A DNA stretch of 64,000 nt, taken from positions 110,808 to 174,807 of the forward strand of contig RHPI01003079.1 in the NCBI GenBank assembly GCA_009103225.1. Reading direction: 5' to 3'. This DNA is from Chlorokybus atmophyticus (Eukaryota > Plantae > Mesostigma and Chlorokybus algae). A program made the position numbers and the translations under genes. The notes under the pieces are model-generated. The model did no database searches and had not been told where the DNA came from. It was given only the letters and a program-made list of their open reading frames with translations. Shown here piece by piece: positions 12,405 to 25,040 of this stretch. How positions within the stretch are numbered: the first letter of the stretch is position 1; each line of letters begins with the position of its first letter.

Positions 12405-15400
12405 CTCTTATGCAGGCAGCTTAACAATCTTCATGCTTGGGCGTTTACTGGATGCCAAGCCCTGCGCGGCAGCCCTTGAACTTGGATGGGGGCAGTGCCT
12501 TAATTATGCAGTCCGCTAACATCTCCTCGGTGTTGCAGTAGACGAATTCCACCTCCCGCCGTGCTACGCGCTCACAAAGTGATGCATAACATCAATGTGC
12601 CTTGAGCAAACAGATTCAATGGGATGTTTCAGCACTTGATTGCTCCCGGATTGTCACAGTTGATGATGACCATGGATTCCTTATAGCCCAAGTCTGCTAC
12701 AAGCTTGCAAAGCCACAGTCCTTGACAGCCTAAAATGCAGCCATGTACTCCGCTTTGGCTATTGATACCGCCATAGTGGGCTGTAGCCTGCTGCTTCAGC
12801 TCACAACTCCACCATTTACTAAGAAAGTATAGCTCGTGGTTGACTTCCTTGTGTCCAAATCTCCAGCATAGTCAGCATCGCAATAGCCATGCAACGCAAT
12901 GTTTCCTCTTCCATATGTGATGCTGACAGCACGTGTGCCAATCACATAGCGAAGGACGCCTTTGACAGTGTTCCAATGCTCCATGGTTGGTGCCGACATG
13001 TGCCGTGCCAGAACTCCAACAGTAAATGCAATGTCTGGTCTAGTGCTAAGTGATAAGTATAGCAAACTCCCTACCAACTCTCCATATGGGTAGGTGGCCT
13101 TATCTGACAGTCCCTCACCGTGACAGCCCTGCTCATCCGTGCTCCAACAGCCATAGGAACCGACTTGTACTTGGCCTCCTGTAGCCCAAACTTGTCCGCC
13201 AACTCTAACACCATCTGCTCCTGGCTGATGTTGACAGTCTTGCGCTCCATGTCTTTTGAAATTACCATGCTAAGAAAGTACTTGGCCTCTCCCAGATCTC
13301 TAGTGCTAAAGGTCTTTACGAGCGCCTCCTTGACGTTGCTCACCTCCTTCATTTTTCCTTGCAGCAATGAGAATATCATCCATGTATACAAGAAGCCAGA
13401 CCTCCTTATTCGGGTGGATGTATAGTCCTGGGCGGCTGTAGATGCGGTGAAGCCCAATCCCTCAAGCCCCTTGCTCAGAGGAATGTGCCACACCCTGGGT
13501 GCTTGCTTCAAGCCGTAGAGCGCCTTCACCAACTTGCAAGCAGTTCCGGGTCCTCCCTCTTGACAAACCTTGGGTTGCTAGATTTGGATCTCCTCCTCAA
13601 GTTTGCCATATAAAAGGGCTGTCTTCACATCCAAGTGATGCAACTCCAAGTCCTCAGCTACAAGATAGGAAGCCCTTCGCCACCAGCCTTGCCTTGAACC
13701 TTTCAATGTCGCCATTGCCATCTCGCTTGATCTTGTACTACCCTTTTAAATGACATAGGCTTAACTTCAGGAGGTACCTTCTCCAATGTCAAGGTATAGT
13801 TGGCATGCAGTGATGCCATCTTTTCAGTTATTGCTTGTTGCCACAGCATCGCGTCAGAGCCTTTGAGCGCCTCATTATATGTGGTGGGTTCGACAGTCCC
13901 TCCCGTTGGCACTTGCGACCATAGCCTTGTAGATGCCTTGTGGGTGATGTCTCCCTCTCAGGTTGTAGCCCCCTTGCTCCTCCTGCTGCTGGTCATTGTT
14001 GGTGGTGTTGGTTTTGCTGCTGTCTGCTGATGATGTTTCAAGGTCAGCTCCATATTGATTGTTCGGAAGGTTAACAGCCTGCAGGGACTGTCGGTTGGGA
14101 CTATCAATGGCTGTGGTAGGGGCTGTCAACAAAGAATCTGAACAGTCTCCTATTTCAACTGGTTGTGCTTGAGCGTCTTCTTTGCATCCAACCACAGTGT
14201 TTTCAGCGACAGGTGTAGTGCCTCCCTCAGCAAAACAACATAGCGATTGATAACACTCTTGTCAGTGTCTTGCACCAGCACGCGAAAGGCTTTGCTAATG
14301 GCTTCGTATCCAATAATTACTCCGTTTCTGCTGGCAGGTTCTACCTTGTTTCTCAGCTGCTTTGGCACATGTACATAGGCCGGCGAGCCCCAGACCTTCA
14401 ACATAGACACGTTCGGCTGTCGACCATAGAACAGCTCTCACGGTGTATTGGTCTCCAAGCGCACTGGTGATCGGTTGCGGAGGTAGTTAGTAGGCAGCAA
14501 TGATTCTTTCCATCAATGACCTTTGAGTTGAGCGTCCATAAGCATGGCTTTCAATTTCTCCAAAAGTGTGCGATTGAGCCTCTCTGCAGCTCCGTTTTGT
14601 TGAGGTGTATATGGCGCGGTGGTTTCATAGGTCAGCCCTTTGTTGCAAACTATGCTTTCAACTCGTTGTTGACATACTCGCTTCCTCTGTGTGGACAGTG
14701 ACTGCCTTGTGTCTTAATTGAGTTTCCAACATGGTGAGGATTTATTTGACAGTCCCAGCAACTTCGGACTTCAGCTTCACATAAACAATGATAGACAGCT
14801 TGCTATAGTTGTCAAGGAAAGTGCCAAAGTAGAGGCTCCCCTCTCCCTTGGCAGCAACGGATAAAGGACCGCAAACATCCATATGCACCAGTTCCAACAC
14901 CCTCGTGCTCACATGTGTTGATTGTGGGAAGGGCTGTCGATGCGACTTGCCAAGCATACAGGCTTCACACAACATACCTTGCTTGGCACGGAACTCCTCC
15001 GCATTGATGTTGATTCCATGTACCATGTTCTCCTTCACCAGCCTTGCAAGGTTGTCGTAGCTCAGATGCGCAAACGGTGATGCCATAGCTGAGCTGTCTT
15101 TTCCTTGGCGCATGCAGCAAATGCGCGGCTGTCGGTCTTCTCGCTGACAGCCCTAACCTCCCCGATGTAATAAAGATCTTCATCGAGCGTGCTCTCCACA
15201 AAGGTGACGTTCTTCTTCACAATGTAGCCCTTGTCCCCTTTGAACAACCTTTACTCCACTCTTGGCAGCAACTCGTATAGAGAACAGGCTAGTGCCAAGC
15301 CTGGGGACGTACAGACTATCTTTGAGAAGAATGCGTGTCATTGAATTGCCAACCTTGCAATGCAGACGGACAGTCCCTCTGCCAGTAGCCTCCAGCAACT

Positions 15401-16457
15401 CCTGGTTGCCAAATTCCACCATGATGAGGAGGAAAGGGAATATAGGTTTCCATCTTGGTCTTATTGTTGGTGAGATGACGAGTGCAGCCTGAGTCCAAGA
15501 ACCCATGACGAGGAAGATTGGACAGTCCCTACACAGCTCCGAGCCTTGGGTTGTCTTTCAACACCTAGTCGTGCGAAAACCTTAACCCGATCGCTCCCCT
15601 TTGCTCCGTCCACAAGAGTCTTCAACTTGTTGACAGGCCGCTTGTTGACAGCCCGTGTTTACACTCCTTGTAGCAAATGCGACAGTCTTCTCACTTTGCT
15701 GCCCTCCTCCCTTCCTCTTCGCTTCATCACGCTGCTGTTTTCTACACTCCTTCTTCCAATGGCCCTCCTTCTTGCAGTAGTGGCACGTTCCCTTCCTTCT
15801 TTATGGACGAGAACTGCCTCCCTGCTGGTAACAGCCCTTCAAGGATCTTGCTGCGAAAGCAACTGCATCTCCACCACTGTCCGCCTTGTTGGCCTTCCGC
15901 TGCTCTACTTGCAGCAAGTTGGGTGTCACAGCATCAAGGAGAAGCTCAGTTGATGATGACTCCGGCACTGTGACCGCCATCTCATACTCTTCCGCCAGGC
16001 CCACTAGGATAGCCCATACCATCTCCGTTTCTTTAACATCATGCTCGATTCCTGCAAGGTCTTGTTACAGATCTCGTGCTTGGGCAATGTACTTGAAGAG
16101 CGGCTCTCCGGGCTTCTTCTTGAATGCAGTGAGATTCTTGCGTAGTTGCAGCCTCCTTGCATTTTTTTTAGCATTTTAAAAAGTCCTGCAATTTCTTCCA
16201 ACACTGTCAATTAGTCTTGCACTCATTAATCAAGCCAACGTGATGCTCCTTTATATGCAGGCCTATGCGTGCAAGAGCCTTCAAGCTACTCTTGGCATAA
16301 GCGGACTCTTCACCTGCCCGTGCCTCCGCTCCATCAGGATCCGCATACTTCCAGAGCTGCTTGATAATCAGCACCATCTCCATGCGTACACTCCATGTGC
16401 TGTAGTTGTCTAAGTCTAGCATCTCCACCATCGTGTGTTGTCGTCACTGGTAGCCAT
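11963..16457 (-). mobile_element. Second Ty1/Copia retrotransposon (gag-PR-INT-RT-RH complete in order but disrupted), with probable 3' LTR
   Basis: Minus strand: gag LDNYSTWSVRMEMVL; knuckle CHYCKKEGHWKKEC (~15780-15740); WVLDSGCTRHL (frameshifted); LELVHMDVCGP; KVWGSPAYVHVP; KALYGLKQAPRVW; VGSLLYLSLSTRPDIAF; GYCDADYAGDLDTRKST; RH ending ...EEMLADCIIKALP near 12450. Confidence 0.9.
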
Positions 16458-17570
16458 GTTGCCTCCTCCTGCTCCTCGTGCAGACGGCTGTCGGCTGTCC
16501 CTCAGCTCCCACGCTGACTTCCTTGCAGGTGACGATGGGTTGGGGTATGAGGAGTGTATTGTTTGTGGATGCGAGTGTGGTTGTGTGGCGCTTGCCACTT
16601 CACCATGGATGAGGGTGAGTGTGTGTGATTGGCACATTGCACAACATACAACGGGCTTGGGGCAGCCCGCATGCTTGTGCATACACAACCCTTGCATACT
16701 ATATCATACACATTGCATTCCCACTATTTTGTGATCTTATGTGTACGCAGCACGCGCATAGTGCTTGCACTAGCGCAGATTGGTACACGCTGTCTCAGCA
16801 TGCATTGATATACAGACTCTAAAGAGAAACACAATTGGCCACATTCTGCACACAACTGCCAATGCCTTATTAAAAACTTGCCATTATTTGGCTGCAAAAC
16901 ATGTATATACCTTGATAATGTAGCCACATTGGCAATACAAACTTCCTTAGCAATATCCCTGCCGAACCGCTGGTTGGGTCAGACCAGGCTGGATGCTTAT
17001 GCTCACATAGGCTAAGCAACTCGTACTCCTGAACTTTGGGTGTGGGCCTCTACTCGCATGTATTGAGTTGTCATTAGGGCTCAACACATGATCTATAATG
17101 GTAGTCTCCAAACCCGTTTCAAGATAGTGTAGTGCGCGATAACTGAGTCAGCCCTCCAAAGGGCTCCCTTACCAAACTCCCTCTCACCAGAAGTATGCAA
17201 CTGCGATGAGTGCATCATCATTGAGTGGTGACTTGTAAGAGTTTCCCGCACAGCCCAAGGACATGTTATACTCCCCGTCTTTACAGTTCAAGATGATTTG
17301 CAATTGTTTATCCTGCTGATCTGAATGTGGCCAACAAACCCAACACCATCACCTGCACATCTCTAAGCAGCCATATGAGAAACACCTCATAAGGCCACTA
17401 CCCAGTTGCCCGAACTGACTAGAGTAGTCTCAAGCTACGCTGCGTGCATTTCTCACCAACACCTCCACATACTTCACTTACCTCTCGAGTCAATGGTCAT
17501 GTGTATGTGTCGATGTGTATGTTGTGTTGTCCTGTGTGTTGAACAGTCTGAACTGGAACGGTGCTGTGGT

Positions 17571-20500
17571 CTAGTACCACACTATTCCATTGGGCAGCTT
17601 GCACAGAGGCTCCTTAGTCTCACCCCTCATTGCCATCACGAGTGCCAGGCAGAGCGCGCGTGCGACAGGAGGCGCCACAGCATTGCCAACCTGCAGAATA
17701 CATATGCTTTACAACTGGGAATTTTATGAAATGTGCTTCGTTTTGTAGAAACCGCCCACCTGCATGTAGCGGTCTTTGATCAGTTTGCCATGGACCTTAT
17801 AGTAGTCGGGGAAGCCTTGTGAGCGCGCGCACTCGCGTACAGTGAGCACACGGTCCTGATGCGGATGACATATGCGCTGCGTACACACAAACACGCATGC
17901 AAATTGTCACACCCGTATAGCAGCTTGCAACCACTACATGGCATGCATGAGCGTACGCACACGCAAGCACGTGTGCAAACGCTCATGCATGCGTGCACGG
18001 TCATGGTCACATGCCCGCGCACACTTGCACACGCATACCTGTGCGTGCGGGTCTGCCAGCGTGACAACGGTAGACAAAATGTCATCTTCATCTACTCGCC
18101 CAAAAGCACGAGCTTTGGCAGTCTGATTCTTGTCCGAGCACAAGAAGCTGCATACGCAGCCAAATCATTACCTGACAGGTCATGAACCATGCAAACCATT
18201 CACATACCATTACATTATGGTGCGAACGCAAGATCATACAGACTGTTCTTACTATGGAACCAAAGGATTGCCCAGCTTTGTTGTGCCATTATAAGATTTG
18301 TCGGGGTTCTGTTTGCCAGCAAAGGCCTCCCAATTGGCCCCTCTCAGACCCTTTGGCACGTACGACACGCGCTCGAGGTTGTCCAGGTGCATCTTCTTTG
18401 GGCAATGGTCATACAAAATGTTGTGATAACCGCTCATACCTTGGACACCTGCTGATACATGTGAGCATGAACATGTTGTTGTTGTTGTTGTTGCCGTTTG
18501 ATGATGACATAGGAGAATCAATTTTTGTTGTAACGAGTGTGTCGACCTGGTGGATGCCGCCGGATCATGCGTTGGAAGTCGTTCATCGGCGGCGACAAGT
18601 ACTGCATCTCTTGTCTCATCTCATCATTCTCAACGGGCGGCAGGTCGGTCCAGCTCTCTTTAAGCGTGACGGTCTCATGAAGCATCAAGCTCTCAAAGTC
18701 GTCACACTCGTCGTATGCGACAGTGTTGTTCACCCACTTTGCCGGCGCGTGGCAGCGCATCTTCTCCACGTGATGTGTTGGGAGTGGATATGCCGGGAGA
18801 GTCTCACCTGCAAATGCATATGGGGCGGTTGTATGTTGTGGTATACGTGCAAGGGGTGGACTTGCATGCAACGTACCTGATGCAGCTGCCCATAAGAAGC
18901 AACGCAGTCGGAATTGAGGGACGCCATAGGCAACGGCAGCCATGAGACCCAAGCGTACCTGCAACCGATAGGGTGTATGTGTGCATATACGTACATGCGT
19001 ATGTCTGTGCGCATGAGGAGACATATACACGGTAGGGAGACACAGGCATGCACATACTAAGGCATGGTCTCTGTGCCATGTGCACTTACAAAGTTGATGC
19101 GTTGACCAACCTCATGGTGGCAAAGTACGAGGAAACAACAACAGCCACCAACCACTACCATACCTGATAGTGCATGCAGATGAACTGCTGCATGGCAAAC
19201 TTGGCAAGGTAGCCGTCCTCGCCCTTGTGAGTACGGCCAAACTTAAGCAGGTCGGGCACGTTCTCCATCAACACGAAGGACGGTCTGAAGTAATAAGCAA
19301 AGGCCAAAAACACCGTCAGCTGATAGTTCTTCGGGTCGCGCAGCGGATAGTCAAAGTTCCTGAACCTATTGTGGCCAGATATGCCCTGGACAAGAGGCAT
19401 AGTTGAGTGCATTGCCACAACCACACAATATGATCACATGTGTGTCATCACACCTGGCAAGGAGGGCCACCAAGCAGCATATTCACATCGCCGGGTAGAG
19501 GTATGTCGCCGGTGGCACGCTTGCGATGCACAAAGTCCCGTATCTTCTCCACGCAGTTCAGGTTGGCTTCCGGCTCCCACGAGTCCTCCCACGGCACGCC
19601 TTTGTTGTCACCCGGTTTCCTGCCAACATGTCGAATAATGACTCAATCCCAACACCACAAGGAGTGGGTATGTAAGTGCTGTAACTCACCACTTCCACTT
19701 GACAAGAAACTCCAACACGCCCTCACGATCTTCAACACAGTCCTCGTCAGGTTTCCCCTCGTTGCTGCCTTTTGTCCTGTCCTCGTCACCATCCTCAATG
19801 TCGTCGTCCAGAACAATGATGTCGTCCTCACCCTCACCAACGTCCTCATCGGGCTTGGGCTTGGGTTTCATCTTCTTGTGTTGCTTGCTTGTCGGCAGCT
19901 TTATGCTTGGCCGCTCCCGAATGCGCATGTCCAAGACTGCATCCACCTGAACATGGAATGTTGTGTGTGCGTGTACGCATCTGTCTGTGCCTGCATGCGC
20001 ATGTGTGTGTGGCGTGTGAGGCATACTGTCACCTACCAGCCATTCATCTTCTTCCAATCCGCTGGAGGTATCTGACACGGCGTCCGAGTTGTCAACCTCC
20101 TGCTCATTCCCATTTGTGGTGGCTTCTTCCAGGTTTATGTACAAGTCATTCCCACCCGGGACAAGTGGGCCATTATTAGCAATTGGTTTCTGATCCGGAC
20201 GATCAGTTGGCAGCGGGTACTGCACAAACAGCAGGTCCGGCACGGTCATCAGGCATGCATGCACGCATGCCACATCCCACTCCATCATATCAAGATTATA
20301 TATGCGCTGTAGTACATGTGTGTGATTATGTTACATAAGAGGCACCTGTTGGCAAAGCATGTGGAATCGCTTGCATAGACTCAGGAAGTGCTCCACCTTC
20401 ATGTTGTACACCTGGACAAGGCACAGAGTACATTTGCATGACCGAACATTGCCTCCAAGGAGTAGAGAACGACGTGAACACACCGTTGTTTCAGGGTGAT

Positions 20501-23220
20501 GCGCTTGAAAGGTCTCCGCAGCCAGTTTATTGAAGTCCACTGCCCACCTCTGCATACACGCTGTGTCAGCGGCAAGGTTGCTAAAAACACCAACACAATG
20601 GCGCTCACCGTGCTGATCTCCGTGTCCTTGTCGCTGTACTGAAAGCCCAGCGATAGACCACCGCAACCACAATAGAGCTCCAGCACCTGTAATGGTTGAG
20701 AAAGTCACACCCCACATCTGTTACTTCATATGACTTCACTCTCTTACCTTAAGGGTACATTTTGCTGATGCGGGCTCATGCAAAGTAGCTGCATTCTGAG
20801 CACTGCTTTTCATCGGCACTTCTGGTTTGTGATGCGGGCTGGTTGCTTGGTTGTTGCCTCCATCTTCAAGTTTGACTTTTACGCTTGATGTCATGGACTG
20901 TTCTGACCTACATGGCCAATGTCACATGAGCATGCAACCAAACTCAAGTCCATTGTGTTGAAACCCACCTGATTGTTGCTTCGGCCTTGGCCTTGAATAC
21001 GAGCGGCGCAGTCTCAAGGACCACCAAGTCATCATCACTGTCTGAAAGAGTGATGACAGTAGTTGCTGCGTCGATGATGTTGTTATTCGACTCCTCTGTA
21101 GCAGGCAAAAAAGGATTGGGAGGCTTACTCTAGACCGCGGCAACCAGTGCATGATGAAAGACGAGTCCACGCACACAGAAGTGTGCAAGCATACCAACAG
21201 CAGGGGTGCCGGCAGCATTGGAAGCACCAGACTCAGCAACTAGCACAGGTACGTCTGCTGCTGGACCTGAGGCGGTCACGCAGAGTATACCACAGGCACA
21301 TCGTGTTACTGTGACACACGCACACGCACAGAACGGGAGAGAGTAAGAGAGATTACCTTGCAGGGACGATCGCCTTCTATAGGGCACCACATTGTCCGTG
21401 GACAGCTTGGAGTTAGCTGATGCCGTTGCCTTCTGCGTCGCATACTCTAACTCCGGGTGGTCTTCTGGTGGCAGATGGGAGCAGTCTGGCAGGTCTTTGA
21501 GAGCAGACAGTAAGCGTGTCAACCGAGATGCATTTTACTTTTCTCTGCTTACATCTGGTGTCAATCTCAGCACGAGAAAGCTTTGGCAAACTCACCTATG
21601 AACGATGTATACTGCTGGTGGTATTGCATATCATAATAACCGTCACACTTTGCTACTTGATCCGGCATGGGAGGATCCTGTGCACAAGGCCACATTCACA
21701 GTTCTGTCAAGCAAAGTAGATACAAGTGCACTTAAGAGCAAACTGAGCAGAGATCGCTGTATACACAGCGAAGGTGATACCTTAGCTGAGCAGCGAAGGA
21801 TGTTTGCGGGGCGAATGATGTTCTTCAGCAGGTTATCATTGACATCGTCGCTGAGAAACACTCTCTTTGCATCCGGCTGCTCTGCAGCATACTTGTCGCC
21901 AATTGGTTTACCCAGTGGCTGTTTCATCAAAGTACCATCAACCAGCAAGGATGTGTGCAACCGCAGGCGCATGCAACAGTTGTAAGACATGCATGTATGC
22001 ATGCAGCTTTACCTATATACTGAGACTATTTCTGCTCACATGTGCAAGCTGACTGCACATGTGTGAGTGCTTTTGGATTTCCAATGCTCAGGTACGATCT
22101 GCATGAATGCATGAGCACACACATGCAGTACAGCAACTTGACTCACAGTCTCATCGAATCTCCAAAACCACCTTGCTTGAAACCAACCCCTCCCGTCTTC
22201 TGTGCAGAAGATCTCGCATACTTGCGCAATATGAGTGGCTTCGGAAGCACTATCAGCCTGAAGTGTTGTTTGTTGGTGTTGGTATCGACAGCAGTGAGAG
22301 TCCTTCTCACTTGCTACCATGACACTCATGCATTAGTACCTTCAAGACTACAGTCTGGTTCACTGCGATCTCGTAGCCGTCCACTTGGACCCGAGCAAAG
22401 TGCGCCACAGCTGGCACCTTACACGCGTTCCTAGTTGACACATATGTTGTCGCAAGCACACCAACAAAAGATGTATTGCAAAGCCCTTCACAGATTCATC
22501 TGCTTACGGGTCCGGGTTGCTCATAGTTCGCCTTGACTCTTCCTGTGTGTCGATGTCGCATGAGCATGAGCGGCATTGGTTGTGCACATTACACTTTGCA
22601 ACATCACATTGTAACTCTACCTGGTATCGGCGGTAAGGCCATATCTCGCTTGCCTCTGCACGCGGCAGCGGGCTCCAGAGGTACTCCACGCCTTCATCGT
22701 CCTCATCGTCCTCCACAAACTTGCATGTTCCCGGGGGCTTCTTCAGGGACTTGCCTGGCGTGGTCTTGCGCCTCTTCCGCGGCTTCCGCTTCCTCTGCAT
22801 GTGAACAGGGTGCTCAGTCACCAAAACTGTAGCTATTTCCTGAGTACACCTTGCTCAAATTCGTTCCACAAACAGTTCTGCAGTTCTGCTCCGTCCCCAA
22901 GCGCATCCACACACACGGCAACAATTAGGGCGTGTGGTGGTGAGTCAGAGCATTGTTCTTGAACTAACTACCAAAGCATGCAAGAACATGCCAGGACGAG
23001 CTTCGCGGCAGAGACACAATGCCAGTTGAGGCATACACCGGGATGGCATCAATGCGCTAGCTCTCATCAGCAAAGCTCAACCAAGTGACAAACAAACCTC
23101 TTCCTCAATGCAGTCGTAGTCTGACACGAAGCCTCCAGCTATGGCCTTGCGGGGCCTCAGCTCCCGCCCTGGTTTTGCTTGAGAGGTGCTGTTCTGCTGA
23201 CTCTCAAGGCCCTCTTCCAT
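17571..23220 (-). CDS. CMT: Chromomethylase (BAH - DNMT motif I - chromodomain - DNMT motifs IV-X), multi-exon, apparently intact
   Basis: BAH: HIAQVCEIF...[21 protein letters not shown]; motif [15 protein letters not shown]; WAVDFN; chromo VDAVLDMRI...EFLVKW...[10 protein letters not shown]; IV LGGPPCQG; [12 protein letters not shown]; [30 protein letters not shown]; RAFGRV...[11 protein letters not shown]; [16 protein letters not shown]; [14 protein letters not shown]...EPLCKLP then stop at 17571. A chromodomain between motifs I and IV defines CMT. Start ATG at 23220 is tentative. Confidence 0.9.
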
Positions 23221-24799
23221 GCCTGCAGACATGCCTGCATGAGCTCTGCTTGTGCAACATGACGGCTTGTCACACAGTCATCATCATACATGCATGCATG
23301 ACAAGTACACGACATGCAAGACTCGCTCCTCCTAAGTACGATCAGCGATGCCCATGTTAGCCAAATTAAAGACAGCTAGTTCTTGCATGCACGTGACAAG
23401 CATGGTGAACACAACACCGCCCGGGGGGGGGAGGGGCGCACGAGGGGCTTGCCCACACGCTCTTCCCAAGACCCGCTACGCTAAGTGCACGGGCCGCCAG
23501 CACGGCACGGCGAATACGGCCGTCAGATGTAGGAGGCCAGACGTGTAATGACGCAGTGTGTGCATGCATGCACATTGTGACAGGTGTGCATGCACACAAT
23601 AATGTAAGGCAAGCTTGTGTATGCATGCACATGTTCACATACATACACATCTCTAGGTAATGTCACGTTGTGTGCGAGCAACCGTCTTAACCACTCGGCC
23701 ATGGCGGCAAAGTCGCAATCATGATTCAGAAGTATGCATGCAGCATATACATGGTTTTAGCGTGTATAATCAACGCCCATCATCATTATGAGGCTTTTTA
23801 TCAGGTTGCAAGGTGCATGCTTCCATGTATGATTCCACACCAGAACACATGATAGCATTTGATACCTAAAACATTCACCTCTCAACCCTAAAAGAGCTGC
23901 TCGGTGGGCGTTGATTACATATGGCGATAATATGCGAGTGCATGCACACTTCTCATTGATGGTACACTAAGACTGGATACCCAACATGAAGAGTGACGAC
24001 GCAAAGGCCAACGACCAACAAGTTCAAAAGTTGTGCAAATATCAAAGATGGCTTCAACTTAACAACTTAAGACATGTGACCGCATGCTTATACAAGCGTG
24101 CATACACGAGGTGAACATAGTACGTACGCTACATCTTGCTCACCTAAGTTGCAAAGGAGCCTCTCGCTACAGAGCTGCTTGTTACATTTCCACTCTTGCC
24201 AGCATGATAGAGAAGACTTCGCACTGAAAGCGTGCTACTGTCAAAGAGTATAACGCATGTCTAGCAACGAGCAACACTGCAAACGTCAGGCTAATCGAAC
24301 ACAACACAGTGTTGCACAGCTGCTACTTGGATATGCTCTGCTGTCAAGCAGAGCACATCCAGCTGCTTCAGCTACAGAAGCTCTTGCGAACAGCTGTTGC
24401 AAACTAACTATGTGGTGCACTTGATGGCAACAGCTGCTGTCCTCAAGAGCTGACGCACTTTTTCAGACTTACCCAACAAGCTGAGACTAGACGCACGCAA
24501 CGCACAGCAAACAGGTGACATCTTGTCATGTTGGCTGGTTACGCAAAACAAGAAACAAGAGGCAACAGGATGCTATACAATTATTAGCCCATGCCACAGG
24601 CCAGATGCAACCAACCACTGCCATTGGCCTTAGCTGGACTAATTACTTACCAGCAAGCTTGATGTCAGCTCAGCTAAAATCCGAGGAAGTCCTCCCCTAC
24701 CTTAAACCAGCTAAGCGACACCGTTCTCCAGCCCAGCCAGGCCCCCGCCACCGCTGCCGCCTGCAGCAATGCACCAGGCCAAGTGTCTGACAGCAGCAG

Positions 24800-25040
24800 C
24801 TCAAACTGGCGGAAGGGTCCCTGGAAGCTACTTACGGAAGCTCCCTGCAACGGCCGTGAGCAGTTGCGCTGTTTGACCATGTCGCGTAGACCTGTGCCCT
24901 TCCCCGGACGGAAGTCAACTTCCCTCACGAAAGCTTCCGAAATGTTCTGGAAAGCGATCACAACTAGTCTTTCCCTTTCGTCAGCCTACGGAACTTTCCG
25001 TTCGATGACGGAAGCCTTGGCGGGCTATCCACGGAAGGGT
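24800..25040. repeat. Cluster of ACGGAA(G) motifs in both orientations
   Basis: About seven copies of (A)CGGAAG/CTTCCG/TTTCCGT within ~240 bp; resembles transposon subterminal arrays. Confidence 0.4.

Noticed and set aside
18245-18262. Apparent in-frame stop after GNPLVP in CMT
   Set aside because: Removed by a GTAAG...ATGCAG intron, giving [21 protein letters not shown].
23660-23708. Minus-strand tRNA-like start GCCGCCATGGCCGAGTGGTTAAGACG
   Set aside because: Only an A-box/D-arm fragment; no T-arm, B-box or acceptor partner.
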